64,000 nt of DNA. Source: Terriglobia bacterium (GTDB lineage: Bacteria; Acidobacteriota; Terriglobia; JAIQFV01). The DNA is taken from the NCBI GenBank assembly GCA_020072965.1, contig JAIQFY010000017.1, positions 17,604-81,603 of the forward strand. Reading direction: 5' to 3'. The translations under genes and the position numbers were made by a program. Under the pieces are notes generated by a model that saw only the letters and a list, made by a program, of their open reading frames with translations, was not told where the DNA came from and made no database searches. Positions 28,950 to 40,034 of this stretch are shown here, piece after piece. The stretch's first letter is position 1; each line of letters opens with the position of its first letter.

Positions 28950-31900
28950 ATGCCATTCCGCCCGATGAGGATATTGATTTCTGGCTTGAGTCTGTTGCTT
29001 CTGTTTGCGCTTCCCACTCTCGCACAAACAGAGACCCCGAAGACTGAGGTGGTCAAGGTGGATTCAGACACTTTTTCCGGCCTGGACGCCCGGCCGATTG
29101 GACCAGCTACCATGAGCGGCCGAATCGCGTCGATTGACGGCGCGATCGAGAAGGGGCGACTGACGCTCTATGTCGGCTCCGCCAGTGGAGGCGTCTGGAA
29201 ATCCGTGAACGGCGGGACCACGTTCAAGCCGGTGTTCGACAAGTACACCCAATCGATCGGCGCCGTCACGATTGACCCCTCCAACCCAAAGACGGTCTGG
29301 GTGGGAACCGGCGAAACCTGGGTGCGAAACAGTGTATCCGTGGGCACCGGGATTTATAAGACGATGGATGGCGGTGAGAACTGGCAACATCTGGGACTGG
29401 CAGACTCAGAGCGCATTTCGCGCATTCTCGTAGACCCGAACCACGGTGACACAGTTTACGCCTGCGCGACAGGTCATCTCTGGGATGCCAGTGCTGAGCG
29501 CGGCGTTTTTAAGACGGTCGACGGGGGGAAAACCTGGCAGAAATCGCTGTTTGTAAATAATGACACGGGCTGCGCCATGATTGCCATGGATCCGCAGGAT
29601 ACAAAAATCCTCTACGCCGCAATGTGGCAGTTCCGCCGGAAGCCTTACTTGTTCACGTCTGGAGGACCAGGAAGCGGCCTCTTCAAAAGTACCGATGCCG
29701 GTGTGACCTGGAAGAGGATGACCCAGGGTATGCCTGAGGGGGACTTGGGCAGGATTGGGATTGCTGTGGCTCCGTCCCGGCCGAGCGTGGTCTACGCCGT
29801 GGTGGAAGCAAAACATAGCGCCCTCTTTCGCTCTGATGACCTCGGGGAATCCTGGACCGAGATGAACTCAGGCGCTGCGATTGTGGGCCGGCCCTTCTAT
29901 TTCGCGCACTTGTTTGTGGATCCCAGGGACTATGACCGTGTCTACAAGCCCGGAACCGGACTGGTGGTGAGCGACAATGGTGGAAAGGCCTTCAGCGGGA
30001 TTGCCGGGAGTGTGCACAGCGATTTTCACGCCATGTGGATTAATCCTGCAAATCCCGACCAAATGTTTGTCGGTACCGATGGCGGTCTCTACACCTCCGA
30101 AGACCGGGGCAACACCTGGCGGTTCATCGCCAATCTGCCGCTTTCACAGTTCTACCATGTGAGCTACGACATGGAACAACCTTACAACGTGTATGGCGGT
30201 CTCCAGGACAACAGTTCATGGTTCGGGCCTTCGCGCGCCACCAGCGGCATTCAAAACCGCCACTGGAAAAGTGTCTATGGGGGAGACGGTTTTTGGGTCT
30301 TTGAAGATCCTTCGGATGCGGAATACATTTATGCCGAGTATCAGGGCGGAAATCTTGGCCGAATCAACCGGAAGACCCTGGAGACCAAAGACATCAAGCC
30401 ATTCCCGGATGCGGGTGAAAAGAAATTCCGCTTCAACTGGAACTCGCCGATCCAAATCAGCCCAAACTCAAAGGGAACTATCTACTTTGGTTCCCAATTT
30501 CTCTTCCGCTCCCATGACCACGGCGATTCCTGGGAGCGAATTTCACCGGACCTGACTACAAACGATCCCAACAAGCAACGACAAGAAGAATCCGGCGGCT
30601 TGACGGTAGACAATTCAGATGCGGAAGCTCACACCACCATCTACACCATCTGCGAATCGCCCAGGAATGGGGACATTATCTGGGCTGGGACTGACGACGG
30701 TAATCTTCAGATAACGCGCAATGGGGGAAAGACCTGGACCAACGTGGTCGGCAACGTGGCGGGACTCCCGTCCAATACCTGGGTGTCCACGGTGGAGGCC
30801 AGCCGTTTCGAAGAGGCGACGGCCTTTGCCACTTTCGATGGTCACGCCGGCGGCGACATGAAGACCTACGTGTACAAGACCACCGATTATGGAAAGACAT
30901 GGCAATCGCTCGCCACCCCGGACATCACCGGATACGCCCACGTCATCAAGGAGGACACCGTCAATAAGAACCTGCTCTTCCTTGGGACGGAACTCGGGTT
31001 GTTTATCTCGGTGGATGGAGGCCGCCAGTGGGCGCAGTTCAAGGGCGGCAATTTCCCTGCTGTGGCGGTGCGGGACATTGCCATTCACCCCCGTGAATCC
31101 GACCTGATTCTAGCCACGCACGGACGAGGTATCTGGATTGTTGACGACATCACTCCGCTGAGGGCCCTGACCCCCCAGGTTCTGGCCATGGAAGCGACAT
31201 TTGTGGAGTCCAGGCCCGCAGTCCAGACCATCCCCGCCTCGGAATTCGGATTTAATGGGGATGCAGAGTATGTCGGCCGCTCTGCGAGCGAAGGTGCTCC
31301 CATCACCTACTATCAGAGGAAGCGCCATATCTTCGGTGACCTCAAGTTTGAGATCTATGATTCTTCCGGCAAGCTTGTTTCAACAGTTCCCGGGAGCATG
31401 CGCCGGGGGTTGAACCGCATCGAGTGGTCGATGCGAATGAAAGCACCCAAGGTGCCTCCAGCCGCCGGTCTGGTGCCCAATTTTTTCTCCTTCATCGGGC
31501 CGCGTGTCCTGGAAGGCACCTACACGGTGAAAATGATAAAGGGCAAGAACACTTACACCGAGGAATTGAAAGTAATCCCCGACCCCCGTTCCAAACACAC
31601 GAGGGAAGATCGCTTACGGCAATATGAGACGGTGATGAAGCTTTACGACATGCTGGGGGAACTGACATACCAGGTCGACACGATTGCGGATGCGCGTGAT
31701 CAAAGCCGAGATCGGGCCACAAAGCTTCCCGCCGGCGATGTCAACCGAAAGCGGGTCGAAGATCTGGCCAGGTCCCTTGAAGTTGTCCGTTCCAAACTGG
31801 TCGCGACCAAAGAAGGGGGCGGGATCACCGGAGAAGAGAAGATCCGCGAGCAGATGGGCACACTTTACGGCGCCGTCAACGGATACGAAGGACGGCCTAC

Positions 31901-32081
31901 GCAATCCCAGATTCTCCGCATGGAGGCTTTAAAAAAAGAATTTGACGTCGTGGTCGCCGAGTTTGACACATTCACGAAGAAGGAACTGCCGGTAGTGAAT
32001 GCCATCCTCGAAAAAAGGAAATTGGATCCCATCCGGGTGATGACTAAGGAAGAGTGGGAGAAGAAGCAGTCGAAGCAATAA
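28950..32081 (+). CDS. Exported VPS10/sortilin-like BNR (Asp-box) beta-propeller glycosyl hydrolase family protein
   Basis: RPIGPA.MSGRI, about 11 Asp-box motifs (S/T-x-D-x-G-x-T-W), YGGLQDN. RBS gagagg before ATG 28950. Confidence 0.85.
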   Translation: MPFRPMRILISGLSLLLLFALPTLAQTETPKTEVVKVDSDTFSGLDARPIGPATMSGRIASIDGAIEKGRLTLYVGSASGGVWKSVNGGTTFKPVFDKYTQSIGAVTIDPSNPKTVWVGTGETWVRNSVSVGTGIYKTMDGGENWQHLGLADSERISRILVDPNHGDTVYACATGHLWDASAERGVFKTVDGGKTWQKSLFVNNDTGCAMIAMDPQDTKILYAAMWQFRRKPYLFTSGGPGSGLFKSTDAGVTWKRMTQGMPEGDLGRIGIAVAPSRPSVVYAVVEAKHSALFRSDDLGESWTEMNSGAAIVGRPFYFAHLFVDPRDYDRVYKPGTGLVVSDNGGKAFSGIAGSVHSDFHAMWINPANPDQMFVGTDGGLYTSEDRGNTWRFIANLPLSQFYHVSYDMEQPYNVYGGLQDNSSWFGPSRATSGIQNRHWKSVYGGDGFWVFEDPSDAEYIYAEYQGGNLGRINRKTLETKDIKPFPDAGEKKFRFNWNSPIQISPNSKGTIYFGSQFLFRSHDHGDSWERISPDLTTNDPNKQRQEESGGLTVDNSDAEAHTTIYTICESPRNGDIIWAGTDDGNLQITRNGGKTWTNVVGNVAGLPSNTWVSTVEASRFEEATAFATFDGHAGGDMKTYVYKTTDYGKTWQSLATPDITGYAHVIKEDTVNKNLLFLGTELGLFISVDGGRQWAQFKGGNFPAVAVRDIAIHPRESDLILATHGRGIWIVDDITPLRALTPQVLAMEATFVESRPAVQTIPASEFGFNGDAEYVGRSASEGAPITYYQRKRHIFGDLKFEIYDSSGKLVSTVPGSMRRGLNRIEWSMRMKAPKVPPAAGLVPNFFSFIGPRVLEGTYTVKMIKGKNTYTEELKVIPDPRSKHTREDRLRQYETVMKLYDMLGELTYQVDTIADARDQSRDRATKLPAGDVNRKRVEDLARSLEVVRSKLVATKEGGGITGEEKIREQMGTLYGAVNGYEGRPTQSQILRMEALKKEFDVVVAEFDTFTKKELPVVNAILEKRKLDPIRVMTKEEWEKKQSKQ

Positions 32082-32261
32082 GGCGATTGCTTGGGACCCA
32101 TCTGTATTGCCCGGGAATATTCCCCAGCCCCCTTAGAGCGGGAGAGGGTCCTGCTTATTCAATAAAGCCTGTAGTGGGCAATGCAATTGATTGGACGCGA
32201 CCTCACAGAGCCTTGGCCTCAATGGATCGCAGGAAACAGCTCCACTGCTCCGCCCTCGATG

Positions 32262-34073
32262 TCAGATCGCACGAGAGATCCGGCGCTTCGGGGTAAGAAA
32301 TGCCGCCGCCGTAACCACAGCCATCAACAAAAATGCGCCCCATGAAATCTTCCTCCCCAGTCCCCGGGGCGGGGTGTCATTATAATCAAGCTCCACGTGA
32401 TGAGCGCCAACGGGCAATTCGAGCACTATGATACCCAGCTTCTTGTCCGTAGCGATGACTGCAGGACGGCCGTCCACTGAGGCGACCCAGCCACGATAAT
32501 TGAAGGTCCGGATCCTTACCTCATCGCTTTTACTCAAGGTGACGCGCAAGACGCGATGCTCGGGTTTCCATTGCTCGATCGACACGCGACCGTTCCCATG
32601 GGCCACGGTCGCGCGGTCGAGCGGAGGAAGATCTTCGATATTTGCGGGCGCTGTGCTCGGAATGATCACATCGTTGAGGTGCTGGGATTCAGGCTCGAAT
32701 CTCACCGCCCCCCACATGGGAGCCACTACTGTTCGGATACTGAATGCCGCACTTCCCAGCGTCATCAGGACTGCAAGAGCGAAAAATATGGTGAGCTTCA
32801 ATTTGTGCTTTTCACGACGGGCATCCAGAGCGGCCTCGATCGCAGCCCCTGCCAGCAGAGCCACAACCAACGTCGTGATCGTAAGCATCCGCCATGAAAA
32901 CACCCCCACCTCAATCTCAGGGATTCTGCGGCCGAGAGGAGCTGAAGCCCGCGTCATCATGAAACACGTAAATCCTCCTAACACGGTCCACAGCACGATA
33001 TGCTCCCTGAACCAGCGGGACACACCCTGACCGCGGGTCTTCAGGGAAAACAACGCAATAGCTCCCGCCCCCATCGCCGCCGTTCCAAAGATCCAAATTT
33101 CATCGATCCGCTTGAAGAAGTCGGGATTGTCCTTCGTGTACTCTGCGCGGGCAAACACATGGGTCTCGTGATAAGGCCAATCCTGCTCAATGATCTCGTG
33201 GCGGATAAGATTCTGTTCCACCGCGGCCGGGTAGAGATAAGCGGCCGACAATCCCAGTGCGAGGATCATTGCCCCAGCGACTCCCACCGCGCCTCTCCAG
33301 TCCTGGTGATAAATTGTCAAGACAAGCACAAACAAGCCGAGCGCGAGCGTGAACTGAAACGCAGTCGGCGGGTGAGTCCAGAGAAAGGCGCCATAACTCA
33401 AGGTCAGTCCAATCACGTTGAATAGAACATTATTGGCCCGGCCAGTACTTCCCTGACTCGGCGTACCAATAATTGTCTCTTCGATTTCTCCATCTCGATT
33501 CCATGCAGTCCCCTTCCCTTCCCTGAATAATCGTTCGGTGAAAAGCAGGACCAGGGGCATCCAAACGAAGGCCAGCAGCTCGGCTATTGCACCCCGCTGA
33601 TACTGGTCCAGAAAATAGTAGGGGAAGAAGACATAAGCAGACATGGCAACACAGGCCGCGGGGCGCGACATCAGGCGGCGAGCATAAATGTAGATGGCGC
33701 AAGCGGACGCCACCCTGATCAGGAGTTGCACCGCCAAGATCACCCAGATCCAGTTACGAAGGAAGACGTAAAGGGCTGAAGTGAGATAGTAAATTCCGGG
33801 AGGATAGAAACTTGTCGTGGGCGCTCCGTAACCCTGGTTTGTATCTTCCTCCCAACGGGGATAGAACTCACCAGCCGAAAGACCGGCATAAAACGATTTC
33901 ATCTGGTCGAGGTGCAAACCCAGGTCATGGGTATCCGGCATCCGGAGGCTCCAAAAGCTGTCGCCGGGCTCGCTCTCACCCAGGAAGTAAAAAGGCATCA
34001 CGGACACTACCGATAATCCGAGGCACAGGAGCAGGACTCCCCATGGTGTACCGCGCTCACCTACTTCATTCAT
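32262..34073 (-). CDS. GT-C-like polytopic membrane protein (6-pyruvoyl-tetrahydropterin synthase-related/YfhO-like)
   Basis: HDLGLH, FYPRW...GYGAP...FYPPG, RGAIAELLAF. C-terminal FNYRGW.A.VDG and LPVGAHHVEL. Confidence 0.75.
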   Translation of the reverse strand: MNEVGERGTPWGVLLLCLGLSVVSVMPFYFLGESEPGDSFWSLRMPDTHDLGLHLDQMKSFYAGLSAGEFYPRWEEDTNQGYGAPTTSFYPPGIYYLTSALYVFLRNWIWVILAVQLLIRVASACAIYIYARRLMSRPAACVAMSAYVFFPYYFLDQYQRGAIAELLAFVWMPLVLLFTERLFREGKGTAWNRDGEIEETIIGTPSQGSTGRANNVLFNVIGLTLSYGAFLWTHPPTAFQFTLALGLFVLVLTIYHQDWRGAVGVAGAMILALGLSAAYLYPAAVEQNLIRHEIIEQDWPYHETHVFARAEYTKDNPDFFKRIDEIWIFGTAAMGAGAIALFSLKTRGQGVSRWFREHIVLWTVLGGFTCFMMTRASAPLGRRIPEIEVGVFSWRMLTITTLVVALLAGAAIEAALDARREKHKLKLTIFFALAVLMTLGSAAFSIRTVVAPMWGAVRFEPESQHLNDVIIPSTAPANIEDLPPLDRATVAHGNGRVSIEQWKPEHRVLRVTLSKSDEVRIRTFNYRGWVASVDGRPAVIATDKKLGIIVLELPVGAHHVELDYNDTPPRGLGRKISWGAFLLMAVVTAAAFLTPKRRISRAI

Positions 34074-34841
34074 CTTTCCGCACTCAAGGACTGGATTGGG
34101 TTCTGTCTAGAACACTGACGTTTTCTGTCCAGACAGATGTGGAACGAGAATACGAAATCAAGACGCAGGTACACAACGGGAAATCGCGAAATAGGCACAA
34201 TCATTGGGGTGCCTATTTGTGCAAGGACGATTTCGACATCCTCCCGTGAAGTGAAATGATGGCATCCATTCGAAAAGGCAACGACTCCGCATCTCGCTTT
34301 GCCATCTTACCAAGCTTCTGAAGTAATGGGAGGAATTACTCCAAAGAGCCCGGCCGATTGAAAACAGAATCCATATGGGAGGATCGCCGCCGTCGCAGGA
34401 GAATCACCGAGCACAAATCGCTCGCGACCTCTTGAAGTGACCTGGAAAGAGGTGACCTCGAAGCATGTCAATGATCCCTTGAACATCTATAACCGCAAAG
34501 GTTCAACCTCAATCACAAAGCTCGCGTTGAGGTCAAAAACGCAGTCACGATTCTGGGACGTTCAATCCCAAAACCGAACAAGGGGAATTGAACCCCCGGG
34601 GGCAAATAACCTTTAACTTCTTCAAAATACATTAAATGTTAGGACAAATCAGTTGGCTCAGGAATTGCGACTGTGAAGTGATGAGTTTTCAACCTTCAGT
34701 GGGAAGAGGCTCAATGAAGACGGGTTTCAAGTAATCGACGAAACGGAGCGGTCCTTAGGTTTCAGATCCCCACGATTCCGAATCTTATGCAGTCGGGGAG
34801 AACTGGCAACGGAAAACAGTAAAAGGACAACTTTCCCACAT

Positions 34842-37256
34842 ATGGACACCTTCCTTCAAGACCTTCGACAAGGTTTTCGAGCTCTCTTAAAGAACCCCGG
34901 GCTTACGGCGGTAGGCGTGCTAACGCTGGCGCTCGGCATCGGGGCCAACACGGCGATCTTCACTGTCATCGACGCCACGCTTCTTCGGCCACTTCCATAC
35001 AGAAGCGCCGACCGGGTGGTCATGGTATTCGAGACCGAGCCGGAGTTGACCACAGCTCCGGTAACACCGCCGGATTACTTCGATTGGAAGGAGCAGAACG
35101 ATGTCTTTGAGAGCATGGCTGCCGGAACGGAGGATTCCGCTAATCTCACGGGAGCAGGCGAGCCGGAGCGTCTGGAGCTGGCGTCCGTTTCTGCAAACTT
35201 TTTTGAGATGCTCGGGACCCAGCCGATGTTAGGGAGACCGTTCCGGGTGGAGGAAGATCAGCCCGGTAAGAACCTTGTCGTGATCCTGAGTCATGCCTTG
35301 TGGCGTCGCAAGTTTGGCGCAGATCCTGCCGTCATTGGAAGGAAGGTCACTTTGGACGGGTATCCCTGTGAGGTGGTCGGCGTCTTGCCCGCAGAATTTC
35401 AATTTCCACCCATTTGGGGGAATCGGCCCGCGTTCTTTATGCCCTTGGGACTGGCCCGGGATGAAACGCTACGCGGCTCTCATATCTTGTGGGTGATGGC
35501 GCACTTGAGATCGGGCGTGACGGTTGAAAAGGCCCGCTCTGGAATGGAAGCCATTGCCGCGCGACTGGCCACGCAGTATCCATCCTCGAATGCCCACATC
35601 GGGGTCAACCTAAAGACTCTCCGCGAGCAATTCACAGGTGACGTTAGGCGTCCCCTCCTGATTCTCTTTGGCGTGGTAGGGTTTGTTTTGCTGATTGCGT
35701 GCACAAACATGGCAAACCTGTCTCTGGCTCGGGCCACGGCGCGGGAGAGGGAGATTGCTATCCGGGCCGCACTTGGGGCCAGGCGCGGGCGGGTGATCCG
35801 GCAGTTACTCACGGAGAGCATCATCCTTTCATTGTTCGGCGGCCTGGCCGGCATACTGTTGGCGGTCTGGGCGAAAGATGCTCTGCTGGCCCTGGGCCCC
35901 GCCGATTTCATCACTCGCGCCGGGAGAATGAATCTCAATCCTGGGGTCCTTGCCTTTACGCTGACCCTCTCTTTGCTGACTGGAGTGGCATTCGGTCTGG
36001 TGCCTGCCTTACAGGCCTCGCGCATACGGTTCAACGAGACACTGAAGGAGGGAGGAAGCAGGTTATCGTCGGGCACGCGCGGCCGTCGCTTTCGAAGTGC
36101 ACTGATTGTCGCGGAAGTCTCCCTGACCCTGGTGCTTCTGATTGGCGCCGGCCTGATGGTTCGAAGCCTGCATGCTCTCCTTAAGGTGGACCCGGGATTC
36201 GACCCGAAAAACATCCTCACGATGAAAACAGAACTTCCGGATCTCCGTTACCCCAAGGAAGACCAACAAGTCAATTTCTATCAGAAACTCCTGGAGAAGA
36301 TTCGCCCCTTGCCGGGCGTCCAGTCTGTGGCCGCCACATCGCAACTCCCCCTTGGCGGAGGCCCCAATGGTTGGATCCTGATTGAAGGGCGTCCGCGGGA
36401 CCCCGTGTTCAGTGGTCCGCTGGTCCAGCCGACGTCGGTCACGCTCGATTATCTCAAGGCCATGGGCATCCGCCTGTTGAAGGGCCGTTCCTTCGCCTCT
36501 GCTGACAGCCCCAATGCTCCCCACGTGGCTATTATCAATGAGAAGCTGGCACGCCAGTTCTGGCCGAACGAAAATCCCCTCGGAAAGCGACTGAGCTGGT
36601 CGAGCGATTCTCCGGTATGGTGTGAGGTCGTGGGAATCGTCCAGGATGTCCGGGAATGGGGGCTGGCCAACGAACCCATCGCCGAGGCTTACTTCCCTCA
36701 GTCGCAGAAGCCAAGCAAGGCCATGAATCTGGTGATTCGAAGCGAGGGGGATCCCACCGCGCTCACCCTCGCCGCCCGCGCCAGGATTTCGGAGCTCGAC
36801 AAGGATCTTGCTATCTTCGGTGTTTCAACGATGGATCAGATCATCGCGAGCTCCGTTTCGTTTCCACGATTCCAGTCGGTCCTGATGAGCCTCTTCGGAT
36901 TGCTTGCCCTGCTCCTCTCGGCCGTCGGCGTGTATGGTGTGATTGCCTATTCGGTGAGCCTTCGCACACAGGAGATGGGTATCCGCATGGCCCTGGGCGC
37001 TACGCGGGAGGATCTGCTGAAGCATTTGCTGCGACAAGGACTCGTGCTCACTCTGATCGGAGTCACCGTGGGTCTGGCGGGCGCCTTGGCCTTGACCCGG
37101 TTTATGTCGAGTCTTCTTTACGGAGTCCGCCCCAATGATACACTGACCTTTGTAGTCGGATCGCTTGGGCTCGTATGCGTTATCGCGGCGGCAATTTACA
37201 TTCCCTCACGCCGGGCGACGAAGGTGGATCCGGTCGTGGCACTGAGATATGAATGA
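34842..37256 (+). CDS. ADOP-type ABC permease, array copy 1
   Basis: MDTFLQDLRQG...[42 protein letters not shown]. Confidence 0.92.
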   Translation: MDTFLQDLRQGFRALLKNPGLTAVGVLTLALGIGANTAIFTVIDATLLRPLPYRSADRVVMVFETEPELTTAPVTPPDYFDWKEQNDVFESMAAGTEDSANLTGAGEPERLELASVSANFFEMLGTQPMLGRPFRVEEDQPGKNLVVILSHALWRRKFGADPAVIGRKVTLDGYPCEVVGVLPAEFQFPPIWGNRPAFFMPLGLARDETLRGSHILWVMAHLRSGVTVEKARSGMEAIAARLATQYPSSNAHIGVNLKTLREQFTGDVRRPLLILFGVVGFVLLIACTNMANLSLARATAREREIAIRAALGARRGRVIRQLLTESIILSLFGGLAGILLAVWAKDALLALGPADFITRAGRMNLNPGVLAFTLTLSLLTGVAFGLVPALQASRIRFNETLKEGGSRLSSGTRGRRFRSALIVAEVSLTLVLLIGAGLMVRSLHALLKVDPGFDPKNILTMKTELPDLRYPKEDQQVNFYQKLLEKIRPLPGVQSVAATSQLPLGGGPNGWILIEGRPRDPVFSGPLVQPTSVTLDYLKAMGIRLLKGRSFASADSPNAPHVAIINEKLARQFWPNENPLGKRLSWSSDSPVWCEVVGIVQDVREWGLANEPIAEAYFPQSQKPSKAMNLVIRSEGDPTALTLAARARISELDKDLAIFGVSTMDQIIASSVSFPRFQSVLMSLFGLLALLLSAVGVYGVIAYSVSLRTQEMGIRMALGATREDLLKHLLRQGLVLTLIGVTVGLAGALALTRFMSSLLYGVRPNDTLTFVVGSLGLVCVIAAAIYIPSRRATKVDPVVALRYE

Positions 37257-37375
37257 TTCGATTGCGGATTTCTGATTTCGGAATGCGAAATTCAAATTCA
37301 GGACCTATGATTTCATCTTCTGTCCAATGTTCACGGGCAGTGCTTTTCAATCCGAAATCCACAATCCGCAATCAT
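37255..37375. repeat. GATTGCG-family intergenic hairpin element
   Basis: gattgcggatttctgatttcgga...tccgaaatccacaatccgcaatc. Confidence 0.8.
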
Positions 37376-37389
37376 AGGCGGTTAACGAG

Positions 37390-39768
37390 ATGAGAGCTCT
37401 GCTCCAGGACCTTCGTTACGGCTTGCGGATGCTCTCTAAAAATCGGGGGTTCACTCTTGTGGCGGTCTTTACCCTGGCGCTGGGCATCGGCGCGAATACG
37501 GCTATCTTCAGCGTGGTTAACGCCGTGCTCTTGCGCCCGCTGCCGTACCCGGAGCCTGACAGGATTGTCACCATCAATTGGGACGGCCTGGATTACCTGT
37601 CTCGTCTCTCAGAATCCAGTTCCGATCATTTGAGTTGGAAGGACCACGTTCAGTCGTTTGAAAGTGTGGCATCGTATCAAGTCGGCGAGGTGAACCTGGC
37701 GGGAGGTGACGAGCCGGAACGTGTGCGGACGGCTCAGGTGACGCGGGATTTCTTTCGTGTCCTCGAGGTGAGAGCCTCCCTGGGCCGGGATTTTTCTTCC
37801 GAACAAATCGGCGGCGCGCCGGTCATCGTGATCAGTGATGGATTGTGGCGACGCCAATATGGAGTGGACCCGAATCTCATCGGCAAGTCGGTGATGCTCA
37901 ATGCCAAGGTAGTTACGGTGCTGGGTATTATGCCGCCGCGCTTTGAGTTTCCGGAAGGGGTTGAGGCTTGGGTCCTCCCAGGAACGGGCAGCGACACGAT
38001 CATCCCAAGGGTCATACTCCCTCGCCCGATTGCCCGACTCAAACGAGGGCTGTCTCTGGCCCAGGCCCAAGCACAAATGGACGCGATCACAGCCCGGGGG
38101 CAGGCCGACGATACGCGCCTCAAGACCAAGCCTGGAATCCTGCTCACCCCTTTGCAGGTCAGCCTGGCGAGCGGCAGTCGGACCGCGCTGTTCGTTCTGC
38201 TGGGAGTCGTTGGATTCGTACTATTAATCGCTTGTGCCAACCTGGCCAATTTACTGCTGGCCCGCGGGGCGCAACGAACCCGGGAATATGCAATTCGAAC
38301 TGCCCTTGGGGCGAGCCGCCTTCAGTTGATCATGCAATTGCTCACGGAGAGCGTTTTGCTTTCTCTGGCAGGGGGAACACTGGGGGTTATCATCGCGGAG
38401 TGGGGCGTCGACCTCATGGTTTCGTTCCTTCCAATCGACCTGCCCAAGATAAATCCAATTGAGATCGATCGTTGGGTGCTAGGGGCAACGACACTGCTCG
38501 CTGTGACTGTCGGGTTCTTGTTCGGGCTTGCTCCATCGATCATAGCCTCCAAACCTGACCTCATCCAGTCTTTGAAAGAAGGCTCACAAGCGCCCACAAA
38601 CCGCCCACATCGACGGCTCAGGGGCGCCCTTTTGGTTTCTGAGGTGGGGCTGGCATTCGTTCTGCTGATCGGCGCTGGGCTGATGATCCGGACCTTACGG
38701 CGTCTGCTCAGCGTCGATCCGGGCTTTCAGCCAAAACAAGTTCTGACCATGGACATTTCACTGCCTACTTCGAAATATAGCCACCCTTCTCAGATCAGTT
38801 CTTATTATGAACAAGTGCTCACCCGGATTGAAGCCTTGCCCGCAGTGCTCTCCGTTGGGGCGGTCAGTTATCTACCCCTGGCAGGCCGTGATGATGCTCT
38901 TTTTCCAGTCCGCCCGGAAGGACGTTCCGAACCGGTCGAAACTTATGCCCCCTATCGCACTGTGACCCCGGCTTATTTTTCAACCCTGGGTATTCCACTG
39001 CTGCGAGGACGTTTTTTCGACGCCCAGGATGCTCAAAGCGAAACGAAGCTCGCGATCGTGAACAATGCCCTGGCACGTCGCTTATGGCCGGGTGAAGATC
39101 CGATTGGAACACATATTAAACTCATGGATGAATACGAAGTTATTGGAGAGGTCGGGGGCGTCAGAGATTACGACCTTCAAGATTCTGGGGGGCCCTTGTT
39201 ATACGTCTCGATGCAGCAAAGCCCATCACCTGCGATGAGCCTCGTCATTCAGACTTCGGGTGATCCTACCCCAATGATCTCTGCCATCCGGGGTCAAGTT
39301 TTGGCGGTCGATAAAGATCAACCTGTGTCGAGGATCATGACCATGGATCGGGTCATTCTCAACTCGGTCTCATCGCAGTGGTCACACATGCTTTTGTTGA
39401 CCTTTTTTGCCGGGTTGGCCCTTGTCCTCGCAGACGTCGGGGTCTATGGACTCGTTGGCTACCAGGTGACGCAGCGCACGCATGAACTTGGCGTTCGCCA
39501 GGCACTTGGTGCCCTGCCCGGGGATGTACTTTGGCTCGTGGTCCGCGAAGGGATGATGCTAGCAGCGATAGGACTCCTCTTTGGTCTTACGGTCGCGCTG
39601 GGCCTGAGCCGCGTCATTGCCAGTTTTTTATTTGGCGTCACACCCAGCGATCCGCTGACCTTCATCTTCGTCTCACTTCTCCTGATTGCTGCGGCGCTCG
39701 TTGCCTGTTACATCCCTGCTCGCCGTGCGACGAAGGTGGATCCGGTCGTGGCGCTGAGATATGAATGA
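37390..39768 (+). CDS. ADOP-type ABC permease, array copy 2
   Basis: [45 protein letters not shown]. Confidence 0.92.
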   Translation: MRALLQDLRYGLRMLSKNRGFTLVAVFTLALGIGANTAIFSVVNAVLLRPLPYPEPDRIVTINWDGLDYLSRLSESSSDHLSWKDHVQSFESVASYQVGEVNLAGGDEPERVRTAQVTRDFFRVLEVRASLGRDFSSEQIGGAPVIVISDGLWRRQYGVDPNLIGKSVMLNAKVVTVLGIMPPRFEFPEGVEAWVLPGTGSDTIIPRVILPRPIARLKRGLSLAQAQAQMDAITARGQADDTRLKTKPGILLTPLQVSLASGSRTALFVLLGVVGFVLLIACANLANLLLARGAQRTREYAIRTALGASRLQLIMQLLTESVLLSLAGGTLGVIIAEWGVDLMVSFLPIDLPKINPIEIDRWVLGATTLLAVTVGFLFGLAPSIIASKPDLIQSLKEGSQAPTNRPHRRLRGALLVSEVGLAFVLLIGAGLMIRTLRRLLSVDPGFQPKQVLTMDISLPTSKYSHPSQISSYYEQVLTRIEALPAVLSVGAVSYLPLAGRDDALFPVRPEGRSEPVETYAPYRTVTPAYFSTLGIPLLRGRFFDAQDAQSETKLAIVNNALARRLWPGEDPIGTHIKLMDEYEVIGEVGGVRDYDLQDSGGPLLYVSMQQSPSPAMSLVIQTSGDPTPMISAIRGQVLAVDKDQPVSRIMTMDRVILNSVSSQWSHMLLLTFFAGLALVLADVGVYGLVGYQVTQRTHELGVRQALGALPGDVLWLVVREGMMLAAIGLLFGLTVALGLSRVIASFLFGVTPSDPLTFIFVSLLLIAAALVACYIPARRATKVDPVVALRYE

Positions 39769-39921
39769 TTCGATTGCGGATTTCTGATTTCGGAATGCGG
39801 AAGGTTGCGTTAAAGACGGCAGACGAGGACGTCTGCCCCACGGGAGTCGTTCTCGTGGTAACATTGAGGTCCAGTCAAGCGACAGGAAACTGCAAAAACG
39901 ACCTCCTGAGGTGAAGGGAAT

Positions 39922-39984
39922 ATGGTCAAAGCAATTGTTCTGCTGATCGTTGTCCTCATCCTTCTGCAATTTGTATCGGCATAA
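39922..39984 (+). CDS. Candidate 20-aa hydrophobic peptide MVKAIVLLIVVLILLQFVSA
   Basis: Read from the sequence and below the ORF-track threshold. Preceded by gaggtgaaggga. Confidence 0.3.
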   Translation: MVKAIVLLIVVLILLQFVSA

Positions 39985-40034
39985 CTCATCCACAATCTCG
40001 ACCATTTTGGATCGATCAAGGGACTTACCCTGTC

